Assembly (NCBI RefSeq): GCF_049587115.1
Contig: NZ_JBAVDI010000010.1
Location: 3,136 to 67,135, forward strand
Source of the DNA: Aeromicrobium sp.
GTDB lineage: Bacteria > Actinomycetota > Actinomycetes > Propionibacteriales > Nocardioidaceae
Length of the DNA stretch: 64,000 nt
Reading direction: 5' to 3'
In this document: one piece after another, positions 53,413-64,000 of the stretch
How the letters are laid out: each line of letters starts with the position of its first letter
How positions within the stretch are numbered: the stretch's first letter is position 1
Position numbers and translations under genes: made by a program
Notes under the pieces: model-generated
What the model was told of the DNA's origin: nothing
Seen by the model: the letters and a program-made list of their open reading frames with translations, nothing else
The model's database searches: none

Positions 53413-54759
53413 TCAGAGAGCGAGGGTCGAGCGTACGACTTCGGCCAGATGCTGAGCGACCTGCTCGGCCTCGTCGTGGGTGGCTGCCTCGACCATGACG
53501 CGTACGAGCGGCTCCGTCCCGGATTGACGCAGAAGGACGCGGCCCGAGCTGCCGAGACGGGCGTTCGCGATTGCGACCTCGCCCTGCAGCACCGGATCGG
53601 TGTCGGCACGCCCCTTGTCGACGTCCGGCACATTGACCAGGACCTGCGGCAGCCGGGTCATGACCGAGGCGAGGTCCTCCAGAGTCCGCCCGGTCTCGCG
53701 GATGCGGGAGGCCAGGTGCACTGCCGTCAGCACCCCATCGCCGGTCGTGGCGTAATCGCCCATGATGACGTGTCCGGACTGCTCGCCGCCGAGGTTGAAC
53801 GCTCCTGAGCGCATCGTCTCCAGGACGTACCGATCGCCGACCGCCGTCTGGATCACGGTGATGCCCGCGGCCTGGAGCGCTTGCACGAATCCGAGGTTGC
53901 TCATGACCGTCGCGACCACGGTGTCGTGCGCAAGCCTTCCTGCGTCGCGAGCCGCGATGCCCAGGACTGCAAGGATCTGGTCACCGTCGACCACCTCGCC
54001 CGAGTGGTCGACCGCGAGGCACCGGTCGGCGTCGCCATCGAAGGCGAATCCCGCGTCAGCACCGTGGGCGACGACCGCCTTCTGCAAGTCGCCCAGATGC
54101 GTCGATCCGCAGTCGAGGTTGATGTTGAGCCCATCCGGCTCGGCATGGATCGCGACCACCGTGGCACCGAGCTGCTCGAAGACCTGTGGCCCCACGTCGT
54201 ACGCTGCGCCGTTGGCACAGTCGAGCACGACTCGCACGCCGTCCAGCGGACCGGGTGCCGACTCGATCAGGTGCTTGACGTAGGCCCCCACGCCCGCGTG
54301 GCTGTCGCCGATGCGACCCACCCCGGCACCAGTGGGCCGGTTCCACGGCTCCTCGAGCCGGTTCTCGATCAGGACCTCAAGATCGTCGTCGAGCTTGAGC
54401 CCGCCGCGGGCGAGGAACTTGATGCCGTTGTCAGGCATCGGATTGTGGGAGGCCGAGATCATGACACCCATGTCGGCCTTGAGGTAGGACGTCAGGTAGG
54501 CCGCACCGGGCGTCGGCACCACGCCGAGCCGGTGGACGTCGACTCCTGCAGACGCAAGACCCGCGACCACCGCAGCCTCCAGGAACTCTCCTGAGGCGCG
54601 GGGATCGCGGGCAATGACTGCGGTTGGACGTTGGTCGGCAAAGGCGCCGACCTCGCCCAGGATGTGGGCCGCGGCAACCGCGAGGTCAACAGCGAGCTCG
54701 GCGGTCAGATCGCGGTTCGCGACTCCGCGAACGCCATCGGTGCCAAAGATCCGGCCCAC
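53413..54759 (-). CDS. glmM: Phosphoglucosamine mutase
   Basis: [39 protein letters not shown]. Confidence 0.97.
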   Translation of the reverse strand: MGRIFGTDGVRGVANRDLTAELAVDLAVAAAHILGEVGAFADQRPTAVIARDPRASGEFLEAAVVAGLASAGVDVHRLGVVPTPGAAYLTSYLKADMGVMISASHNPMPDNGIKFLARGGLKLDDDLEVLIENRLEEPWNRPTGAGVGRIGDSHAGVGAYVKHLIESAPGPLDGVRVVLDCANGAAYDVGPQVFEQLGATVVAIHAEPDGLNINLDCGSTHLGDLQKAVVAHGADAGFAFDGDADRCLAVDHSGEVVDGDQILAVLGIAARDAGRLAHDTVVATVMSNLGFVQALQAAGITVIQTAVGDRYVLETMRSGAFNLGGEQSGHVIMGDYATTGDGVLTAVHLASRIRETGRTLEDLASVMTRLPQVLVNVPDVDKGRADTDPVLQGEVAIANARLGSSGRVLLRQSGTEPLVRVMVEAATHDEAEQVAQHLAEVVRSTLAL

Positions 54760-54767
54760 GGCTGGAA

Positions 54768-55265
54768 TCAGCGCTTGCTGTACTGCGGAGCCTTACGGGC
54801 CTTCTTGAGACCAGCCTTCTTGCGCTCCTTGATGCGCGAGTCGCGAGTCAGCAGACCGGCCTTCTTGAGCGCGGGGCGATTGACCTCTTCGTCGATCTGG
54901 TTGAGCGATCGAGCCACACCGAGACGCAGCGCGCCGGCCTGACCGGTCATTCCGCCGCCGGTGACCCGGGCGATGACGTCGAAGCGGTCCTGCAGACCGG
55001 TCTCCGCGAGGGCTTCCTTGGCAATCTGCTGGTGCAGCTTGTTGGGGAGGTACTCCTCGAGCGGCTTGCCGTTGACAGTCCACACTCCGGTGCCCGGCAC
55101 GATGCGGACCCGGGCGATGGCCTCCTTGCGGCGGCCGGTGGCAGCTCCCGGAGCAATCGTCGCGGGCTTGCCCGCGGTCTCGGAGGAACCAACGGTCTCG
55201 GAGGTGTATGCCACACCTTCGGCGTTGGTCTCGAACTCGGTCTCGGTGGTGGTGGTCTCAGCCAC
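54768..55265 (-). CDS. rpsI: 30S ribosomal protein S9
   Basis: TGRRKEA...[19 protein letters not shown]. Confidence 0.98.
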   Translation of the reverse strand: MAETTTTETEFETNAEGVAYTSETVGSSETAGKPATIAPGAATGRRKEAIARVRIVPGTGVWTVNGKPLEEYLPNKLHQQIAKEALAETGLQDRFDVIARVTGGGMTGQAGALRLGVARSLNQIDEEVNRPALKKAGLLTRDSRIKERKKAGLKKARKAPQYSKR

Positions 55266-55285
55266 GATGCGCCTGCTTCTCTTCT

Positions 55286-55729
55286 TTACTGGGAGATCTG
55301 CGTGATCTCGAACGGCTGGGGCTTCTGGGCGGTGTGCGGGTGCTCGGGGCCGGAGTAGACCTTGAGCTTCGTGATCAGCTGATCACCCAGACGGTTCTTG
55401 GGGAGCATGCCGCGCACCGACTTCTCGATCGCCTTGCGCGCATCCTTGTCGAGCAGGTCACCGTAAGCGATGGACTTGAGTCCGCCCGGGTAACCGCTGT
55501 GGCGGTAGGCGAGCTTGTCGGTGCGCTTGTTGCCCGACAGTGCCACCTTCTCGGCGTTGACGATGATGACGAAGTCGCCACCGTCCACGTGAGGTGCATA
55601 GGTCGGCTTGTGCTTGCCGCGGAGCAGCGTCGCAGCCTGAACGGCGAGACGACCCAGGACGATGTCCTCGGCGTCGATGACGTGCCACTGACGGGTGATG
55701 TCAGACGGCTTGGGGCTGAACGTGCGCAC
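55286..55729 (-). CDS. rplM: 50S ribosomal protein L13
   Basis: WHVIDA, LGRLA, GKHKP, HSGYPGG, GMLPKN. Confidence 0.98.
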   Translation of the reverse strand: MRTFSPKPSDITRQWHVIDAEDIVLGRLAVQAATLLRGKHKPTYAPHVDGGDFVIIVNAEKVALSGNKRTDKLAYRHSGYPGGLKSIAYGDLLDKDARKAIEKSVRGMLPKNRLGDQLITKLKVYSGPEHPHTAQKPQPFEITQISQ

Positions 55730-55969
55730 GGCGTGACCTTCTCGTTCTTGGGGGTGTGTCTGGTGATGAATCGAATGCTGCGATGGTCGATCCCTCGGAA
55801 CTGGCCGACGGAGACACGACACACAAGGTTAACCGGCCGCAGCCACTCGGGTCAAAACGAGTCCCGTCCCTCGGACCCCACATCGTGGGAATTGCCCAGC
55901 GGCACTAGGTTGGTTGCTGGCTGCATCACCCCGCAGCAGGGCATTGTCCGCCGTCACAGGAGACCCATC

Positions 55970-57265
55970 GTGACCGAGAACCACACATTGACCGTCCGCG
56001 ACAACCGGACGGGCGAGGAGTATGAGCTCCCCATCACCGACGGCACCGTCCGCGCGAGCGACTTCAACCAGATCGGCAAGTCCGACGACGATCCCGGCCT
56101 GGCGCTGTACGACCCGGGATTCACCAACACCGCCTCGACGCGCAGTGCCGTGACCTACATCGACGGAGACAAGGGCATCCTGGAGTACCGGGGCTACCCG
56201 ATCGAACAGCTTGCCGAGAAGTCCACCTTCCTCGAGGTGGCCTACCTGCTGATCCACGGCACGTTGCCGACGCAGCAGCAGCACGAGCAGTGGGTGCACG
56301 AGATCACGTTCCACACGTTCGTGCACGAGAACCTCAAGACGCAGCTCCAGGGCTTCCGCTACGACGCGCACCCCATGGGAATGCTGCTGTCGAGCGTCGG
56401 CGCGCTGTCGACGTTCTACCCCGAGGCGCGCAACATCCACGATCCCCGGGTCCGGCACGACCAGATCGTGCGCCTGATCGCGAAGATGCCGACCCTCGGC
56501 GCATGGTCATTCCGCCACGCGCAGGGCAAGCCGTACGTCTACCCCGACAACGACCTGACGTACACCGAGAACTTCCTGTCGATGTTGTTCAAGATGAGCG
56601 AGCAGAAGTACAACCCCGATCCGCGCCTGGCCAAGGCGCTGGAGGTCTTGTTCATCCTGCACGCCGATCACGAGCAGAACTGCTCGACCAACGCGGTCCG
56701 CTCGGTCGGGTCCAGCCAGGTCGACCCGTACTCGGCGGTCAGCGCCGGCATTGCCGCGCTCTACGGGCCGTTGCACGGAGGCGCCAACGAGGCCGTCCTC
56801 AAGATGCTGAAGCGCATCGGCACGCCCGACAAGATCCCGGCGTTCATCGAGGGGGTTAAGAAGGGCGAGGAAAAGCTCATGGGCTTCGGCCACCGGGTCT
56901 ACAAGAACTTCGACCCTCGCGCCACCATCATCAAGAAGGCGGTCGACGACGTCTTCGAGGTGACCGGCGTCAACCCGTTGCTGGAGATCGCCCAGGAGCT
57001 CGAGCGCATCGCGCTGGAGGACGACTACTTCATCAGTCGCAAGCTCTACCCCAATGTCGACTTCTACTCCGGCCTGATCTACGAGGCTCTGCAGTTTCCG
57101 CCCGAGATGTTCACCGTCCTGTTCGCGATCCCGCGCACGGCCGGCTGGCTCGCCCAGTGGGTCGAGCTGGTGGACGACAAGGAGCAGAAGATCGCGCGTC
57201 CCAAGCAGATCTACACCGGCGACCGACGACTCGACTTCGTGTCTGCCGACGAGCGCTGGGCCTAG
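55970..57265 (+). CDS. gltA: Citrate synthase
   Basis: YDPGF, HADHEQN, GPLHGGANE, MGFGHRVYK, YPNVDFYSG; AGGAG RBS before GTG 55970. Confidence 0.96.
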   Translation: MTENHTLTVRDNRTGEEYELPITDGTVRASDFNQIGKSDDDPGLALYDPGFTNTASTRSAVTYIDGDKGILEYRGYPIEQLAEKSTFLEVAYLLIHGTLPTQQQHEQWVHEITFHTFVHENLKTQLQGFRYDAHPMGMLLSSVGALSTFYPEARNIHDPRVRHDQIVRLIAKMPTLGAWSFRHAQGKPYVYPDNDLTYTENFLSMLFKMSEQKYNPDPRLAKALEVLFILHADHEQNCSTNAVRSVGSSQVDPYSAVSAGIAALYGPLHGGANEAVLKMLKRIGTPDKIPAFIEGVKKGEEKLMGFGHRVYKNFDPRATIIKKAVDDVFEVTGVNPLLEIAQELERIALEDDYFISRKLYPNVDFYSGLIYEALQFPPEMFTVLFAIPRTAGWLAQWVELVDDKEQKIARPKQIYTGDRRLDFVSADERWA

Positions 57266-57336
57266 GCCGCACGCTCGCGGCGCCGGCGGCCGGTCCTTGT
57301 GATCGCACCACCGCTCCGGCCCGCTAACGTTGCGGG

Positions 57337-58134
57337 GTGCGCCTGCGAATCGATCTCTCGTACGACGGGACAGGTTTCCGGGGCTGGGCGGCCCAGCCCG
57401 GTCAGCGGACTGTTCAAGGAGACATCGAGGCCGCAATCGCGATGATCCTTCGGCTCCCCGAGGCTGCGACGCTCACCGTGGCCGGGCGGACCGACGCCGG
57501 GGTGCACGCGCGCGGTCAGGTCGCTCACGTCGACCTCGATGATGTCGACCCTCAGCTGATCGAGCGTCGACTCCGCCGCCTGCTGCCCGATGACATCCAG
57601 ATCCGGTCGGTCACTGCGGCCCCCGAAGGGTTCGACGCGCGGTTCTCCGCGCTCGAACGGCGCTACACCTATCGCATCGTCGATGGCCGCACCGGTCCCG
57701 ATCCGCTGGTTCGTCATTCGGTCGTGCGGTGGCAGAAGCGGCTCGACATCGACGCCATGAACGCCGCCGCCCAGCATCTGCTCGGACTGCACGATTTCGC
57801 GGCGTTCTGCCGCCGCCGGGTGGGTGCGACGACGGTCCGCACCCTTCGTGAGCTCAGTACGGTGCGGGTGGGTGACGTCCTGGAGACCACGGTTCGTGCC
57901 GATGCCTTCTGCCACTCGATGGTCCGTGCCCTGATGGGTGTGCTCGTCGCGGTCGGCGACCACCGATTCGAGCCGGAGTGGGCCGCGGAAGTGTTGACGC
58001 ATGCCGGTCGGGACAGCCGGGTCAACGTCATGCCTCCGCACGGACTCGTTCTCGAGGAGGTCGTGTACCCCGACGACGCCGGCATGGTCGCGCGAGCCGT
58101 CGAGTCACGCCGTCAGCGAGCACTGCGAGCCTGA
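57337..58134 (+). CDS. truA: tRNA pseudouridine(38-40) synthase
   Basis: YDGTGFRGW, AGRTDAGVHARGQ, FDARFSA, FCHSMVR. Confidence 0.97.
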   Translation: MRLRIDLSYDGTGFRGWAAQPGQRTVQGDIEAAIAMILRLPEAATLTVAGRTDAGVHARGQVAHVDLDDVDPQLIERRLRRLLPDDIQIRSVTAAPEGFDARFSALERRYTYRIVDGRTGPDPLVRHSVVRWQKRLDIDAMNAAAQHLLGLHDFAAFCRRRVGATTVRTLRELSTVRVGDVLETTVRADAFCHSMVRALMGVLVAVGDHRFEPEWAAEVLTHAGRDSRVNVMPPHGLVLEEVVYPDDAGMVARAVESRRQRALRA

Positions 58135-58175
58135 CCTCCGCGCATTGACCCGCCTGCGGCTGCGAGGATGGTGCG

Positions 58176-58763
58176 GTGTCAGAGCACTACTTCGATGCGG
58201 CCCCGTCGACCCCAGACCGCCGCCACGACGTCACCACACGAATCCGGGGGCGTGATCTGACCTTCACGACCGCAGCGGGCGTGTTCTCCCACGACGGGCT
58301 CGACAAGGCGACGGCCGTGCTGCTGCACGCGTCGGTGCCGCCCGATACAGGAACGGTCCTGGATCTGGGCTGCGGCTGGGGTCCGATCGCCTGCGTCCTT
58401 GCCCTCGGAGGCGCAACGGTCTGGGCGACCGACACCAACGAACGCGCCCGTGAGCTGACTGCCCTCAATGCTCAGCGCCTCGGCGCCCCGGTCACTGTCG
58501 CAGCTCCTGACGACATACCGGCTGACCTGGTCTTCGACGAGATCTGGTCCAACCCTCCCATCCGCATCGGCAAGCAGGCACTGCACGACCTGCTGCTGCG
58601 GTGGCTGCCACGGCTCGCACCTGACGGCAAGGCCCGGTTGGTCGTGGGCAAGAATCTCGGCGCGGATTCGCTCCAGCGCTGGCTCGGCGAGCAGGGCTGG
58701 CCCACCGAACGGGTGACCAGCGAACGCGGATTCCGGATCTTGGAGGTCCGCCGACCGACCTGA
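58176..58763 (+). CDS. Small class I SAM methyltransferase (RsmC/MTS-like)
   Basis: HYF, GVFS, DLGCGWG, SNPPIRIGK, GADSL. Confidence 0.9.
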   Translation: MSEHYFDAAPSTPDRRHDVTTRIRGRDLTFTTAAGVFSHDGLDKATAVLLHASVPPDTGTVLDLGCGWGPIACVLALGGATVWATDTNERARELTALNAQRLGAPVTVAAPDDIPADLVFDEIWSNPPIRIGKQALHDLLLRWLPRLAPDGKARLVVGKNLGADSLQRWLGEQGWPTERVTSERGFRILEVRRPT

Positions 58764-58765
58764 GC

Positions 58766-58805
58766 GCCAGGACGCCCGCCACCTCACGGTGACGGGCGTC
58801 CTGGC
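58766..58805. terminator. Hairpin between the convergent methyltransferase and rplQ
   Basis: GCCAGGACGCCCGCCACC-tcac-GGTGACGGGCGTCCTGGC (one mismatch). Confidence 0.8.
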
Positions 58806-58815
58806 AATGCGATGA

Positions 58816-59379
58816 CTACTTGGTGTCGTCCTCGGCCGTTGCGTTCTCGTCGGCCGGAGTGGCAACCGCGTCAGCTGCCTCAGCAGCGTCGTCGGTCGCG
58901 TCGACCGGGACGTCGCTGCCCAGGTCGTCCTCGGGAGCGACGTCGTCGGCAGGCTTCTCCTCGACGACCGCAGGCTTGTCGGCCTTGGCCTTCTTCGGAG
59001 ACTGGTTCTGAGCACCGAACTGCTTGGCCTCGACGATCTCGATGACGGCCATGGGGGCGTTGTCGCCCTTGCGCGGCGCGACCTTCGTGATGCGCGTGTA
59101 TCCACCGGGGCGGGTTGCCATGGCAGGCCCGATCTCGGTGAACAGCGTGTGCAGGATGCTCTTGTCACGGATGACCTTGACGACCTGGCGGCGGTTGGCC
59201 ACCGTGTCGGTCTTGGCCTTGGTGATGAGCGATTCCGCGTACGGCCGCAGACGACGGGCCTTGGCTTCGGTCGTGGTGATCTTGCCGTGCTCGAACAGGT
59301 TCTGCGCGAGGTTGGCGAGGATCAGGCGCTGGTGCGCCGGGCTGCCGCCGAGGCGAGGTCCCTTGGTGGGGGTGGGCAT
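58816..59379 (-). CDS. rplQ: 50S ribosomal protein L17 with acidic C-terminal extension
   Basis: [34 protein letters not shown]. Confidence 0.97.
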   Translation of the reverse strand: MPTPTKGPRLGGSPAHQRLILANLAQNLFEHGKITTTEAKARRLRPYAESLITKAKTDTVANRRQVVKVIRDKSILHTLFTEIGPAMATRPGGYTRITKVAPRKGDNAPMAVIEIVEAKQFGAQNQSPKKAKADKPAVVEEKPADDVAPEDDLGSDVPVDATDDAAEAADAVATPADENATAEDDTK

Positions 59380-59429
59380 TGTCTATTCTCCAAAATCAAT
59401 CGGGCTGGGCCGTCGAGGTCGAGCAGTAC

Positions 59430-60440
59430 TCAGTACTGCTCGTCCTCGGCGAAGCTGGCGTCGTCGTCATACGCATCGATGACGGCCGACGGGTCGAAAC
59501 CAGCGGGGCTGTCCTTCAGCGCGAGGCCCATCTCGGCGAGCTTGGCCTTGACCTCGTCGATCGACTTCGAACCGAAGTTGCGAATGTCGAGCAGGTCCTG
59601 CTCCGAGCGCGTGATGAGCTCACCCACGGTGTGGATGCCCTCGCGCTTGAGGCAGTTGTACGAACGAACGGTGAAGTTGAGATCCTCGATCGGCAGCGCC
59701 AGATCGGCCGCGAGCTGCTCGTCGACCGGCGACGGGCCGATGTCGATGCCCTCCGCCTCGACGTTGAGCTCACGAGCCAGACCGAACAGCTCCACCAGGG
59801 TGGAACCGGCCGAGGCGATCGCGTCACGCGGAAGGATCGACTTCTTGGTCTCGACGTCGATGACGAGCTTGTCGAAGTCGGTACGCTGCTCGACTCGGGT
59901 CGCCTCGACCTTGTAGGTCACCTTGAGGACCGGCGAGTAGATCGAGTCGACCGGCATGCGGCCAATCTCTTCGTCACCGGACTTGTTCTGCACCGCCGAG
60001 ACGTAGCCGCGGCCACGCTCGACGACGAGCTCGATCTCGATCTTGCCCTTGGCGTTGAGCGTCGCGATGTGCAGGTCCGGGTTGTGGACCTCGACACCGG
60101 CCGGGGGCTGGATGTCGGCTGCGGTCACCGCACCGGCACCGTCCTTGCGGAGGTACATGACGACCGGCTCGTCGTTCTCCGAGGAGACCACGAGCTCCTT
60201 GAGGTTCAGGATGATCTCGGTGACGTCCTCGGTCACGCCGGGAACGGTCGAGAACTCGTGCAGAACGCCGTCGATCTTGATCGACGTGACGGCCGCACCC
60301 GGGATCGACGACAGCAGCGTGCGACGCAGCGAGTTGCCGAGGGTGTAGCCGAAGCCGGGCTCGAGGGGCTCGATGACGAACCGCGAACGGAACTCGTCGA
60401 CGACCTCTTCGGACAGGGCGGGGCGCTGGGCGATGAGCAT
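59430..60440 (-). CDS. rpoA: RNA polymerase alpha subunit
   Basis: [33 protein letters not shown]. Confidence 0.98.
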   Translation of the reverse strand: MLIAQRPALSEEVVDEFRSRFVIEPLEPGFGYTLGNSLRRTLLSSIPGAAVTSIKIDGVLHEFSTVPGVTEDVTEIILNLKELVVSSENDEPVVMYLRKDGAGAVTAADIQPPAGVEVHNPDLHIATLNAKGKIEIELVVERGRGYVSAVQNKSGDEEIGRMPVDSIYSPVLKVTYKVEATRVEQRTDFDKLVIDVETKKSILPRDAIASAGSTLVELFGLARELNVEAEGIDIGPSPVDEQLAADLALPIEDLNFTVRSYNCLKREGIHTVGELITRSEQDLLDIRNFGSKSIDEVKAKLAEMGLALKDSPAGFDPSAVIDAYDDDASFAEDEQY

Positions 60441-60513
60441 TTTTCTTCCTTTCCGAACCAACCTCTATTTGAAGGTCCGGGTCATGTTTCCTTGGTGGAG
60501 GGTGCGGATCAGG

Positions 60514-61122
60514 TCAGATCTTGGAGTAGAACTCCACGATCAGCTGCTCGTTGATCGGGACCGTGATCTGCTCGCGCACAGGCTGGCTGTGGACGAGGAT
60601 CCGGCCGCGGTCGGGCGACGCGTCGAGCCAGGCCGGGACGGTGTCGCGGTCGTGGGACTCGCGCGCCACGATGAACGGCGTGGTCTCCAGCGAGCGGGTC
60701 TTGACGTCGATGATGTCGTGCTTGCTCACCTGGAACGACGGGATGTCGGTCTTGACGCCGTTGACCACGAAGTGACCGTGGTTGACGAGCTGGCGGGCGT
60801 GCCGACGCGTGCGGGCGAACCCGGCACGATAGACGACGTTGTCGAGTCGCGACTCGAGGATCTGCAGCAGGTTGTCGCCGGTCTTGCCGGGACGACGCGA
60901 GGCGAGTTCGTAGTACTTGCGGAACTGCTTCTCGAGCACTCCGTAGGTGTAACGCGCCTTCTGCTTCTCGAGCAGCTGGTTGCGGTACTCCGACTCCTTG
61001 ACGCGCGCGCGGCCGTGCTGGCCGGGAGGGTAAGGACGCTTTTCGAATGCAGCGTCACCACCGACGAGGTCGATGCCGAGACGGCGCGACTTCTTGGTGA
61101 GAGGTCCGGTGTAACGGGCCAT
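60514..61122 (-). CDS. rpsD: 30S ribosomal protein S4
   Basis: MARYTGP, PPGQHG, LESRLDN, IVEFYSK. Confidence 0.98.
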   Translation of the reverse strand: MARYTGPLTKKSRRLGIDLVGGDAAFEKRPYPPGQHGRARVKESEYRNQLLEKQKARYTYGVLEKQFRKYYELASRRPGKTGDNLLQILESRLDNVVYRAGFARTRRHARQLVNHGHFVVNGVKTDIPSFQVSKHDIIDVKTRSLETTPFIVARESHDRDTVPAWLDASPDRGRILVHSQPVREQITVPINEQLIVEFYSKI

Positions 61123-61169
61123 GGTTGATAGCTCCTAGAAACTGTGTGAATCGTGGGGCAGCGTCGACG

Positions 61170-61565
61170 TCAGAGACGACGGTGCTTGGGGGGACGGCAG
61201 CCGTTGTGCGGGCTGGGGGTCACGTCGGAGATGGTGCCGACCTCGAGGCCGACTCCGCTCAGCGACCGGATCGCGGTCTCGCGGCCCGAACCGGGGCCCT
61301 TCACGAAGACGTCGACCTTTTTCATCCCGTGCTCCATCGCCTGACGACCGGCCGACTCGGCGGCCATGCCGGCCGCGTACGGGGTCGACTTGCGCGAGCC
61401 CTTGAATCCGACAGTTCCGCCGGAGGCCCAGGCGATCACGGCGCCCGAAGGATCCGTGATGGTGACGTGGGTGTTGTTGAACGTGCTCTTGATGTGGGCC
61501 TCGCCCTGAGCGACGTTCTTCTTCTCCTTGCGGCGAACCTTCTTAGCAGCTGTCTTGGGAGGCAT
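61170..61565 (-). CDS. rpsK: 30S ribosomal protein S11
   Basis: [24 protein letters not shown]. Confidence 0.98.
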   Translation of the reverse strand: MPPKTAAKKVRRKEKKNVAQGEAHIKSTFNNTHVTITDPSGAVIAWASGGTVGFKGSRKSTPYAAGMAAESAGRQAMEHGMKKVDVFVKGPGSGRETAIRSLSGVGLEVGTISDVTPSPHNGCRPPKHRRL

Positions 61566-61571
61566 GCGCTA

Positions 61572-61940
61572 TCACTTCTTCTTTCCGGCGACGGTGCGCT
61601 TGGGGCCCTTGCGGGTGCGCGCATTGGTCTTGGTGCGCTGGCCGCGAACCGGCAGATGCGCACGGTGACGACGGCCTTGGTAGCTGCCGATCTCCATCTT
61701 GCGGCGAATGTCACCGGTGACCGTACGACGCAGGTCGCCCTCGGTCTGGTAGTTCGCCTCGATGTGATCACGCAGCGCGACGAGGTCGGTGTCGTCGAGC
61801 TCGTGGACGCGCTTGTCCGGGCTGATGCCGGTCGCGTCGAGGGTCTGGGTGGCGCGAGTGCGGCCGATCCCGAATACATACGTGAGTGCGATCTCGATGC
61901 GCTTCTCGCGCGGGAGATCCACTCCCATGAGGCGTGCCAT
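61572..61940 (-). CDS. rpsM: 30S ribosomal protein S13
   Basis: [26 protein letters not shown]. Confidence 0.98.
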   Translation of the reverse strand: MARLMGVDLPREKRIEIALTYVFGIGRTRATQTLDATGISPDKRVHELDDTDLVALRDHIEANYQTEGDLRRTVTGDIRRKMEIGSYQGRRHRAHLPVRGQRTKTNARTRKGPKRTVAGKKK

Positions 61941-62116
61941 CTAGGCATTTCCTTCCGTACTGCGAGGTGTGGCCACCTGATGCATCCCGACTGCCTCCAG
62001 GATCTTGGACGATCCTGAGTCGGGCTCCGGCCTACGCTTCCGGAGGTAACCCACCACGATCGTGCGTGTGGCGGGAGCGATCAGATGTTTCGTGTTGCTG
62101 CGGTGAAGAAGTCTGT

Positions 62117-62230
62117 TCAGCCCTGGCGCTGCTTGTGACGCGGGTTTTCGCAGAGGACCATGACGCGGCCGTGGCGACGAATCACCTTGCACTTGTCACA
62201 GATCTTCTTCACGCTCGGGTTGACCTTCAT
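62117..62230 (-). CDS. rpmJ: 50S ribosomal protein L36 (zinc-binding form)
   Basis: [37 protein letters not shown]. Confidence 0.98.
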   Translation of the reverse strand: MKVNPSVKKICDKCKVIRRHGRVMVLCENPRHKQRQG

Positions 62231-62270
62231 CGAGATTCTCTCTTTGGGATCTGAACGTGTGTACGTGTGT

Positions 62271-62492
62271 TCACTTGTAGCGGTAGACGATGCGGCCGCG
62301 GGAGAGGTCATAGGGCGAGAGCTCCACCACAACACGATCCTCGGGGAGGATGCGGATGTAGTGCTGGCGCATCTTGCCGCTGATGTGCGCGAGAACCTTG
62401 TGGCCGTTGGCCAGCTCTACACGGAACATCGCGTTCGGAAGCGCCTCTACTACGGCACCTTCCATCTCGATGACGCCTTCTTTTTTCGCCAT
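62271..62492 (-). CDS. infA: Translation initiation factor IF-1
   Basis: [32 protein letters not shown]. Confidence 0.98.
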   Translation of the reverse strand: MAKKEGVIEMEGAVVEALPNAMFRVELANGHKVLAHISGKMRQHYIRILPEDRVVVELSPYDLSRGRIVYRYK

Positions 62493-62605
62493 AACCTCTT
62501 CTTTGTGTCGCGTGTCTGACCAGTTGACCCGTTCTGGCGCACCCCAACCCCGCCGCCTGAGCGACAGAGGACATGGGAATGCGGACCTGAAAGGGTCGAC
62601 TCTCG

Positions 62606-62635
62606 ATTCTACGCCCACGGGGGCGGCAGACTCAA
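62606..62635 (-). promoter_or_regulatory. Housekeeping-sigma promoter for the infA/alpha operon
   Basis: Minus strand TTGAGT-N18-TAGAAT. Confidence 0.6.
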
Positions 62636-62669
62636 ATCGCGGGTCCCAGAGGTCAGCCGCTCGACGCGG

Positions 62670-63137
62670 TCATGAGGGCGGTTTGAACTCCGACTGCCCC
62701 GGGCCGTGTCGATCGATCAGGCGCGACAACACGATCGCCGTCGAGGTGTGGTCGATGTTGGCGACCTCGTCGCGGACCCGCTCCAGAGCGCGCTCGAGAT
62801 CGCGGACGTCCCTGGCGACGATGTGCAGCAGCGCATCCGCGGCGCCGGAGACGGTCGCGGCGGTGTGCACCTCGGGCACCCGGCTGAACGCCGCCCGCAG
62901 CTCGTCCGGCGAGAGCGCGCCCTTGCAGTGCACCTCCACATAGGCCTCGGTCGCCCAGCCTACGAGATCTGGGTCCAGCACGGCGGTGAACCCGCTGATG
63001 ACTCCATCGTCCAGCAGGCGGTCGATTCGCCGCTTCACCGCCGGAGCTGACAGGCCGATCCTGGCGCCGATCCTGGCGTAGCCGGCGCGGCCGTCCTCGA
63101 GCAGGCAACCGATGAGCTCGCGGTCCAGGTGATCCAT
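62670..63137 (-). CDS. Lrp/AsnC family regulator
   Basis: LDRELI...IGLSAPAVKRRIDRL...GVISGF. Confidence 0.93.
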   Translation of the reverse strand: MDHLDRELIGCLLEDGRAGYARIGARIGLSAPAVKRRIDRLLDDGVISGFTAVLDPDLVGWATEAYVEVHCKGALSPDELRAAFSRVPEVHTAATVSGAADALLHIVARDVRDLERALERVRDEVANIDHTSTAIVLSRLIDRHGPGQSEFKPPS

Positions 63138-63277
63138 CCCGTCAGTATTGCAAGAAAACCCTGTACAACCCGGACTGACGCAAGAAATCGCCGGGTATTG
63201 TGCGATTTAAGATTCGTTGTCGACCTTTCTGCGCCCGTAGCATGGATTCATTGCATCACGCTAACCAGGAGGCCCCG

Positions 63278-64000
63278 TTGACCGTTCTCGACACCCGCCC
63301 CGCGCCGGTCCACGCCCGCGAGTCCCGGCCCCGTCACTACCTGATGTGCGCACCGACCCACTTCGCCGTCACGTATGCGATCAATCCGTGGATGGACATC
63401 AGCACGCCGGTCGACGCGGAACGCGCCCGATTGCAGTGGGAGGTTCTCCGGAACACCTATCTCAGCCTCGGACACCGGGTCGACGTCGTCGAGCCGATGT
63501 CGGGCCAGCCCGACATGGTCTTCGCCGCCAATGGTGGTCTGACCGTGGGTGGTCGCTCGTACGGGGCGAAGTTCCGTTTCGCCGAACGCGCTGCCGAGGC
63601 CGCAGCCTTCGCGACCTGGCTGCGCGGCAGCGGTTTGACGGTCGTCGAGCCTGAGCACATCAACGAGGGCGAGGGCGACTTCCTCGCACTCGGGTCGATG
63701 ATCCTGGCCGGTGCGGGCTTTCGCACCGACCTCGCTGCGCACATCGAAGCGGCCAATGCTGTCGACCGACCCGTCGTCTCGCTCGAGCTGGTCGATCCGC
63801 GGTTCTACCACCTCGACGTCGCCCTCGCCGTGCTCGACGACGGCAATGGCTCGGCACCGGCCGAGATTGCCTACTATCCAGGCGCCTTCAGTCCACACAG
63901 CCAGCGCACACTGCGCGACCTGTTTCCTGACGCGATCATCTGCTCGGAGGCGGACGCTCTCGTCCTGGGTCTGAACGCCGTCAGCGACGGGCACCACGTC
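63278..64000 (+). CDS. Amidinotransferase / dimethylargininase-family protein, truncated by the window edge
   Basis: AGGAGG then TTG 63278; YLMCAPTHF, YAINPWM, PDMVFAAN, NEGEGD, FYHLDVAL, GLNAVSDG; divergent from Lrp; absent from the ORF track because no stop lies in the window. Confidence 0.9.
   Translation, partial: MTVLDTRPAPVHARESRPRHYLMCAPTHFAVTYAINPWMDISTPVDAERARLQWEVLRNTYLSLGHRVDVVEPMSGQPDMVFAANGGLTVGGRSYGAKFRFAERAAEAAAFATWLRGSGLTVVEPEHINEGEGDFLALGSMILAGAGFRTDLAAHIEAANAVDRPVVSLELVDPRFYHLDVALAVLDDGNGSAPAEIAYYPGAFSPHSQRTLRDLFPDAIICSEADALVLGLNAVSDGHHV

Noticed and set aside
55208..55969. Apparent N-terminal extensions in the ORF track (citrate synthase from 55208, DinB from 41824, alr to 49054, DUF5709 to 44841)
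   Set aside because: They overlap neighbouring genes; the true starts have RBS or -10 support downstream, so these are not real fusions.
62631..62643. CAAATCGCGGG resembling the arm of the 63-bp repeat
   Set aside because: Only an 11-nt match with no partner arm; it coincides with the -35 region of the infA promoter.

Overview
High-GC actinobacterial chromosomal segment. Gene content and synteny best fit Nocardioidaceae (Aeromicrobium/Nocardioides-like); this is inference from protein style and gene order. Most of the window is housekeeping DNA, mainly on the minus strand: folD, purH-purN, sucCD, pcrA, zwf, guaA, cholesterol-oxidase-like GMC gene, guaB3, guaB, groES-groEL1 with two CIRCE boxes, pxpABC, tsaD, rimI-tsaB-tsaE, alr-nnr-acpS-glmS, coaA, glmM-rpsI-rplM, citrate synthase, truA, the alpha operon (infA-rpmJ-rpsM-rpsK-rpsD-rpoA-rplQ) and a divergent Lrp/amidinotransferase pair at the right edge. 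I saw no rRNA, tRNA, CRISPR array, IS or prophage. The most interesting signals are: (1) a DUF559/Vsr-like endonuclease gene bracketed by two equal-length 63-bp palindromic direct repeats, resembling a REP/RAYT-like selfish module; (2) an unannotated ~100-nt three-hairpin sRNA candidate with CUCCCUCCC loops and an ECF-type promoter next to guaA; (3) a degenerate ECF-sigma-like domain fused through a transmembrane helix to tandem extracytoplasmic domains; (4) a stress islet with two convergent, closely similar SigF-type promoters, a perfect CRP site and a head-to-head DnaA-box-like pair; (5) a leaderless 52-aa membrane protein missing from the ORF track; (6) an orphan EfeO-type cupredoxin lipoprotein with an IdeR/DtxR-like box. 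All family assignments come from motif recognition by eye; no database searches were run.
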